DNA of 63,793 bases, the filler included, from Octopus bimaculoides (lineage: Eukaryota): the NCBI RefSeq assembly GCF_001194135.2. It is 6 parts of 6 records of this genome, joined end to end, with 100 filler letters (N's around TTAATTAATTAA, not from the genome) between each part and the next. Parts side by side here need not be neighbours in the genome. Positions count along the whole stretch, not along the records: positions 60,116 to 62,599 come from NW_026307435.1; positions 62,700 to 63,793 come from NW_026326302.1; 4 more parts are not named here. One strand, given 5' to 3'. A program made the translations under genes and the position numbers. Numbering within the stretch: position 1 is the stretch's first letter; each line of letters opens with the position of its first letter. The notes beneath the pieces are model-generated. The model made no database searches. It saw nothing but the letters and a program-made list of their open reading frames with translations, and was not told where the DNA came from. Below are positions 62,449-63,793 of this stretch, piece after piece.

Positions 62449-62480
<32 letters not shown>

Positions 62481-62599
62481 TGTATATATATAAATGCGTA
62501 CATAATACGTGTATATATATATATGTATAAATACGTATATGTATACGTTTATATATATATGTGTGTCTGTATGTATATATATATATATATATATATATA

Positions 62600-62699
62600 N
62601 NNNNNNNNNNNNNNNNNNNNNNNNNNNNNNNNNNNNNNNNNNNTTAATTAATTAANNNNNNNNNNNNNNNNNNNNNNNNNNNNNNNNNNNNNNNNNNNN
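62600..62699. other. Artificial scaffold linker
   Basis: 44 N + TTAATTAATTAA + 44 N. Confidence 0.95.
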
Positions 62700-63793
62700 G
62701 CTGTGCAAGCCATGTACAGGGACACTGTCAATAAGGTGAGGGCTGGCAATGAGTACAGTGAAGACTTCCAGGTAGATGTAAGGGTCCACCAAAGTTCAGT
62801 CCTCAGCCCCCTCTTATTTATCATAGTCCTCCATGCCCCTGGGAGCTCCTCTATGCTAATGACCTTGCCCTAATTGCTGAGTCACTATCAGAACTAGAGG
62901 AGAAGTTTCAGGTATGGAAGCAAGGACTAGAATCGAAGGGCCTTAGAGTTAACCTAGCTAAAACCAAAGTCCTAATAAGTAAGAAGGTAGACAAAACACA
63001 AACCCCTTCAGGTAGATGGCCCTGCTCAATCTGTAGAAAAGGTGTAGGTGGAAACTCCATAAGATGTACCTGGTGTAAGCTATAGACACATAAAAGGTGC
63101 AGCAATATCAAAGGAAGGCTAACTGGGAAGATAGTTTTTGTGTGTGGCAACTGCTCAGAGACAATAAACACTGAAAATGTGCATAAAACAGCTTCCGTCA
63201 CATGCCAGGGGGGAAAAACTACAAGTAGTTGATAGCTTTTGTTACCTAGGTGACCAAGTCAATAGCAGGGGTTGATGATCTGAGAGTGTAACTGCTAGAA
63301 TAAGAACAGCCTTGGCAAAGTTCAGAGAGCTCCTATCTCTGCTAGTGACAAAGGGCCTAGGCAGACTGTATGACACATGTGTATGAACCGCCATGCTACA
63401 TGGCAGTGAAACATAGGCTGTGACTGCTGAGGACATGCATAAGCTTGCAAGAAACGAAGCCAGTATGCTCTGATGGATATGTAATGTCAGTGTGCATACT
63501 CGACAGAGTGTAAGTTCCTTGAGAGAAAAGTTAGACCTAAGAAGCATCAGTTGTGGTGTGCAAGAGAGACGATTGCGCTGGTATGGTCATATGGAGAGAA
63601 TGGATGAGGATAGTTGTGTGAAAAAGTGCCACACCCAAGCAATTGAGGGAACCTGTGGAAGAGGTAGACCCAGGAAAACTTGGGATGAGGTTGTGAAGCA
63701 CGACCTTCGAACTTTAGGCCTCACCGAGGTAATGATTAGTGACCGGGACATTTGGAAATATGCAGTACATGAGAAGATCCAGCAAGCCAAGTG
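62700..63793 (+). pseudogene. RTE LINE ORF, RT core to C-terminus, inactivated
   Basis: VQAMY...VHQSSVLSPLLFIIV...PWELLYAND...GLRVNLAKTK...FCYLGD...RRLRWYGH...RGRPRKTWDEVV, with stops and deletions. Confidence 0.95.

Overview
AT-rich eukaryotic DNA, dense in microsatellites and repeats. The SINE, RTE and Penelope repeat families look like those of an octopus (recognition only, no search run). About 6.9 kb (~11%) is N. Five identical artificial spacers (44 N + TTAATTAATTAA + 44 N) show the window is six concatenated assembly pieces. No intact, nameable protein-coding gene, rRNA, true tRNA or CRISPR array is supported; nearly all long ORFs in the track are artefacts of N gaps or simple repeats. 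The real content is: several tRNA-headed SINE families (local labels A, C, E); a (GAT)n-tailed repeat with tandem hairpin modules (label D); decayed RTE, RTE-BovB and CR1-like LINE fragments; Tc1/mariner (maT DD37D-like, Tc1, Tigger) remnants; piggyBac-, hAT- and mariner-type MITEs; Helitron/Helentron-like ends; and short Penelope-type units with decayed minimal hammerhead ribozyme motifs. Splice signals hint at a plus-strand host gene with a signal-peptide-like first coding exon at 41387-41473, but it cannot be identified. I found no clearly new protein system. The best leads are RNA-level: hammerhead-bearing units (one possibly joined to a tRNA head), covarying hairpin modules in family D, a young inverted SINE pair able to form long dsRNA, and an unexplained degenerate duplication at 58.5-59.7 kb.
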